A stretch of 64,000 bases of DNA. It comes from an uncultured virus (IMG/VR IMGVR_UViG_3300042905_002851) (lineage: Duplodnaviria; Heunggongvirae; Uroviricota; Caudoviricetes). Below are positions 42,054-51,784 of this stretch, in pieces. Location: the IMG/VR virus record IMGVR_UViG_3300042905_002851, one strand, 5' to 3'. A program made the translations under genes and the position numbers. Every line of letters begins with the position of its first letter. The stretch's first letter is position 1. The notes beneath the pieces were generated by a model. It ran no database searches, was not told the origin of the DNA, and saw only the letters and a list, made by a program, of their open reading frames with translations.

Positions 42054-43540
42054 ATTAATTTCCCGAACTTAGTAACTTTAACTTCATTAATGCCTTCTTT
42101 AAATATTAAATTACCCTTTGTTGATAAACCAATAAGTTTTACTCTAGGGTTTTCTTTTATATACTCTAACGCTGAATCCAATTGGTGTGTAGATTCAGAT
42201 AATCTTATAATATTTTGTTTATTGTTTTGATAAACTTTATTTGATTTTCTTTCCCTATCAAGTTCGTATTGATTTTTTTCGTCTTCACTTATAATAAAAT
42301 ATTTTGATAAAACTTTATCAGCTGAAGACTCCGCAAATGTTCCATGTGTAAATCTTTCAGGAGTTGGGTTATATATTCTTCTATTTCTTCTTTTTAAATG
42401 ATAATCTTCGGGGTCATAATCTTCAAGTTGTTCAGATGCGGAAGATGTGTATGCTCCTCCCATAAAATCTTTGTATGCATCTCCAATATTATCATAACCT
42501 TCCGCCATTTCAGGTTCTTGTGGTGGTTCTGGCATAACTTCAGGTGGTGTTTCCGTGTCTTCATCACCAAATGAATCATCTTCTTCTTCTTCTCCTTCAT
42601 CATCAACCCCCTCTAGTTTACCAATAATTTGTTCAATATCGTCTTCATCTAAAACATCTACATCTATAGCAGAAAGAATTGAGTTGATTATATATTTTAC
42701 TTCTTTATTAGAAAGATCGCTTTCTTCTTCATAAGATCTTATTTTTTGAGCTAGTTTACCAACTAAAATTTGTATCCTTTTTATTTCCGAAACTTTTTTC
42801 TCTTTTGGTTTTTCGTCGTCAAGTTCCTCTCCTTCCATATCAGGTGGTGGAGTGCCCATGTCACCGCCCATGTCACCGCCCATATCAGGTGGTGGAGCGC
42901 CCATGTCACCGCCCATATCAGGTGGCGGAGCACCCATGTCTCCTCCCATATCAGGTGGTGGAGAGCCCATGTCACCGCCCATATCAGGTGGCGGAGCACC
43001 CATGTCACCGCCCATGTCAGGTGGTGGGGCACCCATGTCAAGTGGTGGTGGAGTCCCTAAATCTGCAGGTGGAGGTGGAGTTCCTAAATCTGCAGGTGGA
43101 GGTGGAACCCCTAAATCAGGTGGTGGTGGAGTCCCTAAATCTGTTGGTTGAGATTTTTTTTTAGTCTTTAGTATGAACTTTTTTTTTTGCTCACCAATTA
43201 GTGAGATACCTTCTTCATTTTCGTGAAGGACATTTATTTCCCTCACCATTAAGTTAAGTCTTTTCAAAGCCTGTGAATAGGAAGAATAATATTTTCTACC
43301 TTTCATTGGGTCAATATAATCAGAATCGGACTCATTTATTGCCATTTTGATGATATACCCTTGTCTTTCTTTTTCAATTTTGTATAAGTTTCCATCTGCT
43401 AAAGAAATACTATATTCAGTAGATTTTGTTTCATTTACACTTTGTGGAAAATTTTCATTATAACGAGAAATTTCAATCATTCGTCTAATCTTATCAATTC
43501 CTTGAAGTTTTTCGCTTCCAATAGGTTTAATTCCTCCCAT
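42050..43540 (-). CDS. Hypothetical protein with Pro/Gly/Asp/Met repeats (possible head core protein)
   Basis: 496-aa ORF; late motif at 43575-43582. Confidence 0.7.
   Translation of the reverse strand: MGGIKPIGSEKLQGIDKIRRMIEISRYNENFPQSVNETKSTEYSISLADGNLYKIEKERQGYIIKMAINESDSDYIDPMKGRKYYSSYSQALKRLNLMVREINVLHENEEGISLIGEQKKKFILKTKKKSQPTDLGTPPPPDLGVPPPPADLGTPPPPADLGTPPPLDMGAPPPDMGGDMGAPPPDMGGDMGSPPPDMGGDMGAPPPDMGGDMGAPPPDMGGDMGGDMGTPPPDMEGEELDDEKPKEKKVSEIKRIQILVGKLAQKIRSYEEESDLSNKEVKYIINSILSAIDVDVLDEDDIEQIIGKLEGVDDEGEEEEDDSFGDEDTETPPEVMPEPPQEPEMAEGYDNIGDAYKDFMGGAYTSSASEQLEDYDPEDYHLKRRNRRIYNPTPERFTHGTFAESSADKVLSKYFIISEDEKNQYELDRERKSNKVYQNNKQNIIRLSESTHQLDSALEYIKENPRVKLIGLSTKGNLIFKEGINEVKVTKFGKLI
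42836..43141 (-). repeat. Coding repeats DLGTPPPP / PPPDMGGDMGA (33-nt units)
   Basis: Direct tandem repeats. Confidence 0.9.
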
Positions 43541-43616
43541 GTGTTTTTTATTTAGTTGTAAATTATTTTTATTAATAAATATATCAATAAATATAATTAT
43601 TTAATTTTTATTGTTT

Positions 43617-44354
43617 TTATTGTTTCATTGATAGTTTTTTATCAATAATTTCAGTGGGAACATTGTATAATTTTTCAATATATCCAGACCTTCTAAGGAG
43701 TTTAAATACCAAATTTTCAAATGACATTTCCCCATTTTTTTCTAAACCACAATTTCTAAATTTTTTTAATTTTTCTTTGTATTTTTTTACAATATTTTTT
43801 ATCTCATCAGGATTTTCATCATCTATATTATCAACAACACCATCTATTATTCTCATCCATTGGTTTGCCTTTTCTTTTAAAAGTTCAAAATCAATAGATT
43901 TTAAATTAGTTTCTTTTGGTTTATTTGCCCACATATCATAAAGAATTGAATATACACCACTACTAAAAGCCTCAGTTTTTTCATCTTGGACAAAACATTC
44001 AACATCATAACCATATAAACTAATATTATGTTTTTGATTAAACACTATTTTTTTTAAATCAAAGAATTCAACATAAAGATCTTCTGAGTTTTGATTAAAT
44101 TGATTATAATTAACAACTATGTGTAAATCTATGTCTGAATATTTTGACCAATTATAATTAGCAATAGATCCAATCATAATAATATCGGTAACAATTACGT
44201 CAACATCTAAAAAATCAATAAAAATATTTGCAGTTTCTAAAAGTTTTTCTCTAACCTCAGAATTTAACACATAAGAATTGCCCTCCTTAACCCAAATTTT
44301 TGGATTTAATTCTTTTTTTGGTTTAAAACTTTTTATTATTTCAGAAGTATCCAT
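43617..44354 (-). CDS. Nucleotidyltransferase (DNA polymerase beta superfamily)
   Basis: GSIANYNWSKYSDIDLH (GS...DxD) plus VE. Confidence 0.8.
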   Translation of the reverse strand: MDTSEIIKSFKPKKELNPKIWVKEGNSYVLNSEVREKLLETANIFIDFLDVDVIVTDIIMIGSIANYNWSKYSDIDLHIVVNYNQFNQNSEDLYVEFFDLKKIVFNQKHNISLYGYDVECFVQDEKTEAFSSGVYSILYDMWANKPKETNLKSIDFELLKEKANQWMRIIDGVVDNIDDENPDEIKNIVKKYKEKLKKFRNCGLEKNGEMSFENLVFKLLRRSGYIEKLYNVPTEIIDKKLSMKQ

Positions 44355-44373
44355 ATTAATAAATACCTACAGA

Positions 44374-44616
44374 TTATAGTTTTGTGTATTTGTGTGTTTT
44401 TGAAATGTTTATATTAAAAAAATTTCCTTGTGATTTAGCGGTTCTAAACTCGGTGTATTTTTGGTGGGAAATATCATCGTATTCATATTTTACACCGTTT
44501 TTAAATTCGGCAATCATTTTTTTGCTTACAGTATCATACTGCGTTCTTACAATATTTGACGATTGGATTTCATTTAAAATTTTAGTTCCGCTAATTGTTT
44601 CGCTTGTTATTGCCAT
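44374..44616 (-). CDS. KTSC domain protein
   Basis: SSNI....YD......EFKNG..Y.Y...AKSQG.FFN..I. Confidence 0.85.
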   Translation of the reverse strand: MAITSETISGTKILNEIQSSNIVRTQYDTVSKKMIAEFKNGVKYEYDDISHQKYTEFRTAKSQGNFFNINISKTHKYTKL

Positions 44617-44622
44617 AATATT

Positions 44623-44913
44623 TTAATTTAAAGGGGTTATTTCGTCAATATAACGAAGTTTATCCATAATATAATAATGAACTTCGGTTCCGTCAACATT
44701 AAAACCATAATCTCTAATTGTTTGATCTATTTCCCGAACCAATGGTTGCATTCTTGAGTGTAATAACATTAAACCATTTGGATAATATGGGGGTTTCTCA
44801 ATATCTTTTTGTGTCCACCCTTCTTTTTGGAATATTTCTCTAATTTTAAAATAAGTTTTTTCTAACTCGTTTGTTAGTTCCAAAGTATTTGCAAATTTTT
44901 TCCATCCTTCCAT
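44623..44913 (-). CDS. Hypothetical protein
   Basis: ORF with late motif at 44918-44925. Confidence 0.6.
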   Translation of the reverse strand: MEGWKKFANTLELTNELEKTYFKIREIFQKEGWTQKDIEKPPYYPNGLMLLHSRMQPLVREIDQTIRDYGFNVDGTEVHYYIMDKLRYIDEITPLN

Positions 44914-44926
44914 GACTATAAATATA

Positions 44927-44956
44927 CAAAAAAAAAATCCACACTAAGGTGGATTT
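44927..44956 (-). terminator. Terminator after dnaK
   Basis: AAATCCAC-actaag-GTGGATTT with A-run on the left (T-run on minus strand). Confidence 0.7.
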
Positions 44957-44973
44957 AATTTAATATTAATAGA

Positions 44974-46830
44974 TTATTTTACTTCCTCAAACTCTACATT
45001 TGAAAAGTCTTCAGTTGTTGCTTCTTCGTTATTTGTTTGTTCATATAATTTTTGACTTATATTTTGAAATTTTGAACTAACCTCCTCAATTAAAACTTTT
45101 ACTTCAGAAACTTCTTTATTTTTGTGAGCTTCTTTTAATTTGTCTAATGATGATATAATTTCAGTTTTTTCTGTTTCTGTAATTTTATCAACAACATCCC
45201 CCATAGATTTCTCTACTTGAAAAATTAATGAATCTGCAGAATTTAAAGTATCAACATCTTCTTTTAATTTATTATCTGAATCTGCATTCATTTCTGCCTC
45301 TCGTTTCATTTGTTCAACTTCTTCTTTTGATAAACCTGAAGATGACTCAATTCTAATAGATTGAACTTTGTTTGTTGCGTTATCTACCGCAGAAACATTA
45401 ATAATACCATTGGCATCAATATCAAAAGTTACCTCAATTTGTGGAGTTCCTCTTCTTGCAGGTGGAAGACCATCTAAATGAAATCTACCAATAGTTCTGT
45501 TATCTTTTGCCATTGTTCGTTCTCCTTGAAGCACATGTATCTCAACAGATGGTTGGTTATCAGACGCTGTTGAAAATTTTTCAGATTTTTTAGTTGGTAT
45601 GGTTGTATTTGCGTCAATTAATTTTGTAAAAACACCTCCCATTGTTTCAATACCTAAAGAAAGTGGTGTAACGTCCAATAATAATACATCAGTCACATCA
45701 CCAGCCAAAACTCCACCTTGAATAGCGGCACCCAAAGCAACAACCTCGTCAGGGTTTACCCCTTTTGATGGGTCTTTACCAAAGAATTTTTTAACTGCGT
45801 CTTGGATTGCGGGAATACGAGTAGATCCGCCAACTAAGATAATTTCGTCAATTTCACCAACAGTAAGATTTGCGTTAGACATTGCTCTTTTACAAGGTTC
45901 AATTGTTCTATCTACCAAAGATTGTGTTAATTGTTCAAATTTAGATTTTGTAATTGTCATTACAAGATGTTTTGGACCTGTAGAATCTGCGGTCACATAT
46001 GGAAGATTAATTTCAGTTTGGGGTGAAGAAGATAATTCAATTTTAGCTTTTTCAGCCGCTTCACGAAGTCTCTGAAGAGCCATGGGATCTTTAGAAATAT
46101 CCATTCCATTATCTTTTTTAAACTCGGAAACCAAATAGTCAATTATAGTTTGGTCAAAATCGTCACCACCTAAGTGTGTATCTCCATCAGTTGACAATAC
46201 TTCAAATACACCATCACCAAGTTCTAATACAGACACATCGTGAGTTCCACCACCACAGTCAAATACTACGATTTTCATGTCTTTAGACATTTTATCAAGT
46301 CCGTAAGCTAATGCTGCAGCAGTTGGTTCGTTTATAATTCTTTTTACTGTAAGACCTGCAATTTCACCAGCTTCTTTTGTTGCTTGTCGTTGTGAGTCAT
46401 TAAAGTAGGCAGGAACGGTTATAACGGCCTCGGTAACTGATTCCCCTAAATAGTCTTCTGCAGTTTGTTTCATTTTTTGAAGGATTGCCGCAGAAATCTC
46501 TTGTGGAGAATAGGTTCTATCATCAATCCGAACTTTTGGTGAATTTTTTTCTTTTACGACTTTATATGCCACTTTTTTTGTTTCTTCTTTAACTTCATCA
46601 AAAGAAGATCCCATAAATCTTTTAATAGAGTAGATAGTTTTTTCAGGATTTGTAACCGCCTGTCTTTTAGCTGGATCGCCAATCTTTCTTTCTCCATCTT
46701 TTACGAATCCCACAATTGATGGTGTTGTTCGTTTACCCTCACTGTTTGCAATGATAATAGGTTCTTTACCCTCCATTACAGCTACGCATGAATTAGTTGT
46801 TCCTAAGTCAATTCCAATAATTTTTCCCAT
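44974..46830 (-). CDS. dnaK: Chaperone DnaK (Hsp70)
   Basis: [50 protein letters not shown]. Confidence 0.98.
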   Translation of the reverse strand: MGKIIGIDLGTTNSCVAVMEGKEPIIIANSEGKRTTPSIVGFVKDGERKIGDPAKRQAVTNPEKTIYSIKRFMGSSFDEVKEETKKVAYKVVKEKNSPKVRIDDRTYSPQEISAAILQKMKQTAEDYLGESVTEAVITVPAYFNDSQRQATKEAGEIAGLTVKRIINEPTAAALAYGLDKMSKDMKIVVFDCGGGTHDVSVLELGDGVFEVLSTDGDTHLGGDDFDQTIIDYLVSEFKKDNGMDISKDPMALQRLREAAEKAKIELSSSPQTEINLPYVTADSTGPKHLVMTITKSKFEQLTQSLVDRTIEPCKRAMSNANLTVGEIDEIILVGGSTRIPAIQDAVKKFFGKDPSKGVNPDEVVALGAAIQGGVLAGDVTDVLLLDVTPLSLGIETMGGVFTKLIDANTTIPTKKSEKFSTASDNQPSVEIHVLQGERTMAKDNRTIGRFHLDGLPPARRGTPQIEVTFDIDANGIINVSAVDNATNKVQSIRIESSSGLSKEEVEQMKREAEMNADSDNKLKEDVDTLNSADSLIFQVEKSMGDVVDKITETEKTEIISSLDKLKEAHKNKEVSEVKVLIEEVSSKFQNISQKLYEQTNNEEATTEDFSNVEFEEVK

Positions 46831-46860
46831 AATTTTTTTTAATTTTTTTTTATTTTATTT

Positions 46861-46943
46861 TGTCAATTTTACCCTAAATTTGTGCCATTACAAAAATACT
46901 GACATTTTGTCATATAGTCAAGTAATAAATTGTCAAATTGTCA
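46861..46943. promoter_or_regulatory. dnaK/clpC divergent control region: TGACA-N3-TGTCA palindrome, extra TGTCA half-sites, TGGCAC (-24-like) box on minus strand
   Basis: Palindrome 46900-46912; TGTCA at 46861, 46931, 46939; GTGCCA at 46882-46887. Confidence 0.45.
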
Positions 46944-46991
46944 AAAATGGACTTTTTATTTTTTTATGTTTAATTTTTATAAAAAAAACAT

Positions 46992-49049
46992 ATGTTAGAA
47001 TTTATGAGCGAAGAAAACGATAAAGTAAATAAAAAAACCGATGGAGGGACTCCAGTATTAGATAACTTTAGTAAAGATTTAAATAAATTAGCACAAGATG
47101 GTAAATTAGATCCTGTGATTGGTAGAAAAAAAGAAATTTTAAGGATTGCTCAGATTCTATCTAGAAGAAAGAAAAATAATCCAATTATTATTGGTGAACC
47201 TGGCGCAGGTAAAACGGCCATTGTTGAGGGTTTGGCAATGATGATTAATGATGGTGAATGTCCTAAAAATTTAATGGATAAAAGAATTGTTTCTTTAGAT
47301 ATGAACTCAATTGTTGCGGGTACCAAGTATCGTGGTCAGTTTGAGGAAAGAATGAAAGTTATTATTGAAGAACTACAATCAACTCCAAATATTATTTTGT
47401 TTATTGATGAGATTCACACGATAGTTGGTGCGGGGAATAGTTCAGGATCGTTAGACGCTTCAAATATATTTAAACCGGCACTTTCTAGAGGTGAAATTCA
47501 ATGTATTGGGGCAACAACACTTGATGAATACCGAACCAATTTTGAGAAAGATGGGGCATTAGAAAGAAGATTTCAAAAAGTTATTATAGATCCATCAACA
47601 AAAGAAGAAACACTTGAAATATTAAAATTAAGTAAATCAAAATATGAGGATCATCACAAGGTTACTTATGACGATAATACTTTAAAAATATTTGTTGAGT
47701 TAGCGGATCGTTACATTACAGATCGCGAATTTCCTGACAAAGCATTTGATATTTTAGATGAGGTGGGAGCAAGAATGCAAATTGATATTAAACTTCCTCA
47801 AGAAATTGAAATTTTAAAAGAAGAATCAAATAAAATAAAACAAGAAAAAATTAATGTAATTAAAAAACAAGATTACGAACAAGCAGCAGAACTTCGTGAT
47901 CGAGAAAGAGGCGTTTTATCAAAACTTGAGGATGAAAAGAAAAAATTTGAAACTTATCTAATTAGTAGTAAAAGAACTATACCAGAAGATCTTATTTACG
48001 AAGTTGTTTCAAACATGACTAAAATTCCAATTTCTAATATAAATTTAGATGAAAAAAACTCACTTATTAATTTAGATAAAAACCTTAACTCAATCGTTAT
48101 TGGTCAAGAAGAGGCAGTTTTGAAAATCACAAAAGCAATTCGTAGAAATAGAATTGGGATTAAAGATCCAAATAAACCGATTGGTTCATTTATCTTTTTA
48201 GGTTCAACAGGTGTTGGTAAAACATTCTTAGCAAAACAATTAGCAAAAGAAATTTTTGGTAGTCCCGATAATCTCATTCGTATTGATATGTCTGAATATC
48301 AAGAAAAACACACAATTTCTCGTTTGATTGGGTCACCTCCAGGATATGTTGGTCATGAAGATGGTGGACAACTTACAGAACAAGTTAAAAACAAACCATA
48401 TTCGGTTATTTTGTTTGATGAAATTGAGAAAGCACATAAAGACATATTCTCAACATTATTACAACTTTTGGATGATGGACATATAACAGATTCGTTAGGT
48501 AGAAAAATTAACTTTAAGAATTGTTTAATTATTATGACCTCCAATATTGGAGTAAAAAAACTACACGACTTTGGTACAGGTGTTGGATTTAAAACCAATA
48601 ATTCAAGTCATGTTATACAAGAAGAACAAAAAAGAGACATTCTTAAAAAAGAACTTAGTAAGTTCTTCGCACCTGAGTTCTTAAATCGTATTGACGATGT
48701 TATTGTATTCAACTCACTTGAGAAAAAACATATTGATGTTATTACCAAGTTGGAGATTGATAGATTATTAAAACGTGTTGAGGGTAAAAAATACAATTTT
48801 ACTTACGATGAATCATTAGTTGATTATATATCTAAAGTTGGATTTGACGAAACATTTGGGGCAAGACCGATCAAAAGAGCAATCCAAGATAAGATTGAGG
48901 ATTTAATTTCTGAGAAGATTTTAATGTCCGAAATTAAAGAGGGTGAGAACTACAATTTAACGATTGTTGATGAGAATGTTATTATTAGTGATAAAATTGA
49001 TGAAATTATTGAGGAAAAACCAAAAAGAGTTAGAAAAAAGAAGGAATAG
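46992..49049 (+). CDS. clpC: ClpC-like AAA+ unfoldase lacking the N-terminal Clp repeat domain
   Basis: Two AAA modules (GEPGAGKT, GSTGVGKT), short UVR-type middle domain (DYEQAAELRD), VGF ClpP-docking-type loop. Confidence 0.85.
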   Translation: MLEFMSEENDKVNKKTDGGTPVLDNFSKDLNKLAQDGKLDPVIGRKKEILRIAQILSRRKKNNPIIIGEPGAGKTAIVEGLAMMINDGECPKNLMDKRIVSLDMNSIVAGTKYRGQFEERMKVIIEELQSTPNIILFIDEIHTIVGAGNSSGSLDASNIFKPALSRGEIQCIGATTLDEYRTNFEKDGALERRFQKVIIDPSTKEETLEILKLSKSKYEDHHKVTYDDNTLKIFVELADRYITDREFPDKAFDILDEVGARMQIDIKLPQEIEILKEESNKIKQEKINVIKKQDYEQAAELRDRERGVLSKLEDEKKKFETYLISSKRTIPEDLIYEVVSNMTKIPISNINLDEKNSLINLDKNLNSIVIGQEEAVLKITKAIRRNRIGIKDPNKPIGSFIFLGSTGVGKTFLAKQLAKEIFGSPDNLIRIDMSEYQEKHTISRLIGSPPGYVGHEDGGQLTEQVKNKPYSVILFDEIEKAHKDIFSTLLQLLDDGHITDSLGRKINFKNCLIIMTSNIGVKKLHDFGTGVGFKTNNSSHVIQEEQKRDILKKELSKFFAPEFLNRIDDVIVFNSLEKKHIDVITKLEIDRLLKRVEGKKYNFTYDESLVDYISKVGFDETFGARPIKRAIQDKIEDLISEKILMSEIKEGENYNLTIVDENVIISDKIDEIIEEKPKRVRKKKE

Positions 49050-49100
49050 TTTTGTAAATAAAGTTTATATATAATATATTTGTAGAAACAAACAGAAACT

Positions 49101-49616
49101 ATGAAAACTTTTTTATTATTTATTTTTATTTTTATTTCTTTTTTCTTTTTTAGCCAAACGGTCGATCAATTAATAATTAAAAAAGTCAACGAATATCGTA
49201 AAGAAAACCAATTACCTCCATTATGTTATTCTGAAAAAGCAAAAATAGCAAATAAACAGATGTTAAATTATATGGTTGAAACATCAACAATCCCTTTAGA
49301 CCATTCTCAAAAAATACAAACATCTAACCCTAAGACGTTCGATAATTTTATAGATAGGATAAACTATGTTTACAATTTTGACTACATATGTGTTGGGGAA
49401 AATTTATGTACATTTATAAAACTTTCAACAGACGAGGAATGCGCAACAATGGCCTTAAACGTTTGGAAAAATTCGCCTCCACACAATAAATTATTGTTAA
49501 GTAGTCGATATGATGGCATATGTGTTGGTAGTAAAATATCCGATAAAATCACACAAGGTGAGATAACCTACATTAATGGTGAAATTTTTTATTGTGTTTT
49601 AACTATGTTTAAATAA
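49101..49616 (+). CDS. CAP/SCP domain secreted protein
   Basis: Signal peptide; VNEYR, H, GENL, WKNSPPH..LL. Confidence 0.85.
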   Translation: MKTFLLFIFIFISFFFFSQTVDQLIIKKVNEYRKENQLPPLCYSEKAKIANKQMLNYMVETSTIPLDHSQKIQTSNPKTFDNFIDRINYVYNFDYICVGENLCTFIKLSTDEECATMALNVWKNSPPHNKLLLSSRYDGICVGSKISDKITQGEITYINGEIFYCVLTMFK

Positions 49617-49666
49617 TTATAGACCACTAACACCAGCTACAGGTTGTTTTAAATTTTAAAATATTA

Positions 49667-50389
49667 CTATTTTGGCACATAAAACAGAACGGTTTTGGTA
49701 ACATCTGTACCAGTTGGCATATTGATAGTTCCCGCGAAATTTTTTGTTCCTATATCGAATAATTTTCCGGTTGAAAAATATCTTATTTTACCATCAACCT
49801 CTTTCCATGTTAAGTTGCCAGCTTTTATTGCTTCAGCGGCCATCGGTGGAATTGGTTGTGGCGATTCGTCTGGATTTGAAGAGGTATCTGCGGCGGCAGC
49901 AATTGGTTGTGCCGCTTCCGGACAATTCCAAGCGTAATTAGGTTTTGTTTTATTTTTAAGATTAGCACAAAATGTTTTTCTCCATTTTGCTAAGTCATCG
50001 TAAACAGGTTGACACGCAACACTAAGTTTATTCACATATCCTGGTATTAGCCCTAACTGTGCGGCTGTAAAAATCTTTCCGTTTGAGTCAGTTATTGTGC
50101 CGACCTTTTCCTCAGGAATTTGTCCCTCTAATGGCTTATCTCTGTTAGACACACAAACGTAAAAATATTGTGTTTGACCCTCCATACCATCACTATAAAC
50201 TGTAAACACAGCGTCCCTCATATATCCTCCTCCTGTACCATCAATATACTCTTGTGGTCTAGCGTAGGCGTGTATCTCCCCATCTTTTTTGTCTACTTCA
50301 AGTAACATTCTTTTCTCCGACATCATTCTTCCCTCCAACATCAGATTGGCCTGTAGTATGTGTCTTATTTTACTATAACTTCTATTCAT
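49667..50389 (-). CDS. Hypothetical protein (leader plus variable domain)
   Basis: MNRSYSKIRHI...NLMLE.R...LLE N-terminus. Confidence 0.7.
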   Translation of the reverse strand: MNRSYSKIRHILQANLMLEGRMMSEKRMLLEVDKKDGEIHAYARPQEYIDGTGGGYMRDAVFTVYSDGMEGQTQYFYVCVSNRDKPLEGQIPEEKVGTITDSNGKIFTAAQLGLIPGYVNKLSVACQPVYDDLAKWRKTFCANLKNKTKPNYAWNCPEAAQPIAAAADTSSNPDESPQPIPPMAAEAIKAGNLTWKEVDGKIRYFSTGKLFDIGTKNFAGTINMPTGTDVTKTVLFYVPK

Positions 50390-50412
50390 AATATATATTT
50401 TTTATTTTAATT

Positions 50413-50682
50413 TTAATGCCAATTATTTCCGCTGTATTTTTGTTTTGGTCCTTTATATTTTGTTTTGGTCCTACAACCTTTTTTCTTAACCTTGTATTTT
50501 CCATTGTGATTAAGTCCCACCTTTAACGCTTCCTCAGAACTAATCTCGTCAAAACATTTATCGTCTTCCGCAGAAATAGTTAATGCGTTAACTACAACTT
50601 CATCATCTTCCTCTTCACTAATCAGTGGTTTTGAATTTCCCATCGTTGATTCTAATAATTGTTTAAACCTATTTAGTTCCAT
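50413..50682 (-). CDS. Hypothetical protein, RF..L.EST.G..KPL..E leader family
   Basis: Leader shared with 59156 and 59813. Confidence 0.7.
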   Translation of the reverse strand: MELNRFKQLLESTMGNSKPLISEEEDDEVVVNALTISAEDDKCFDEISSEEALKVGLNHNGKYKVKKKGCRTKTKYKGPKQKYSGNNWH

Positions 50683-50752
50683 AATATATGTTTATTTTAA
50701 TAAATACTTGGTGTTGTCAAAAAAATGATTATCTTTGTAGAAATAACATATA

Positions 50753-51784
50753 ATGAATATAGATAAATTTAAAGAATTACTTTCAGTCCCAACCAAAACT
50801 TACAAAGAGACTAAGATGGTTGAGTATATAATGTCATCAATTGGTGATATGGATGGTATTACCCTTACTTGTGATGAACACAACAATATTTACGCAACAA
50901 AAGGAACGTTAGATGAAGGTGAATTCTATCCTATGTTTATTTCCCACACAGATACGGTACACGAACTTGTTAATGAAATTATCGTTAAAGAAGAAATGTT
51001 ATCAAGACCAATCACATTTGGAAAAACTTTTGATAAAGAACTTGTTCCATGTTTAAAGGCATATGATGAAAACGGAAACCCAACAGGTATTGGTGGTGAT
51101 GATAAATGTGGTATTTTTATCTGTTTGGAATTACTTAAACAATTAGATAAAGTAAAAGTGGCTTTCTTTGTATCAGAAGAAACCGGTTGTCACGGATCAA
51201 GAAACTGCAATGTTGATTTCCTTAAAGATGTTGGTTATTGCACCCAATACGATGCGCCTGGTGACCACTTGATATCGTTATCTTGTTCAGGAACACAGTT
51301 ATTTGATGTTGAAGGAGAGTTCTTTAAATTGGCTCTACCATCAGTTATAAAGTCATTTAAAAATGAAATGATGGTTCAGTCTCACCCTTATACGGATATC
51401 ATGCAAATCAAACAAAAGTCCGATTTTTCTTGTATTAACATTTCTTGCGGATACTATAACATGCATACATCAAATGAGTTTGTTTGTGTTGACGATGTTG
51501 TAAGATCAATTGAGTCCGGCAAAAACTTGGTTAAAGATCTGGGGTTTAAAAAATATGAGTATAAAAACGAACAACCAACAAAATCTCAAACATTCTTTGA
51601 TTTTGATAACACGGATGATAGTCCATTTTATGATGACGTTCACCAACTTAAATCAATTGATATTATCGAAGAAGAGGAAGGATTTATAATTGTTGATATT
51701 TACGAAGAAAATCAATTTTTTATAGATGATGAAGATGGGTATAAACTATATAAGATATTAAAAGATCGTTATCGTTTTAATTGA
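50753..51784 (+). CDS. Zn metallopeptidase, M20/M28 family
   Basis: SHTDTVH, GGDDKCG, SEETG, D, H...E; TATCTTTG promoter at 50730-50737. Confidence 0.85.
   Translation: MNIDKFKELLSVPTKTYKETKMVEYIMSSIGDMDGITLTCDEHNNIYATKGTLDEGEFYPMFISHTDTVHELVNEIIVKEEMLSRPITFGKTFDKELVPCLKAYDENGNPTGIGGDDKCGIFICLELLKQLDKVKVAFFVSEETGCHGSRNCNVDFLKDVGYCTQYDAPGDHLISLSCSGTQLFDVEGEFFKLALPSVIKSFKNEMMVQSHPYTDIMQIKQKSDFSCINISCGYYNMHTSNEFVCVDDVVRSIESGKNLVKDLGFKKYEYKNEQPTKSQTFFDFDNTDDSPFYDDVHQLKSIDIIEEEEGFIIVDIYEENQFFIDDEDGYKLYKILKDRYRFN

Noticed and set aside
42770..43164. Four overlapping alternative-frame ORFs and a possible CRISPR-like repeat array
   Set aside because: Shadows of in-frame 33-nt coding repeats of the 42050-43540 gene; no unique spacers and no cas genes
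44974..49049. Bacterial chromosome or prophage boundary at dnaK/clpC
   Set aside because: Both flanks carry phage-type genes with the same late motif; no integrase or att site seen
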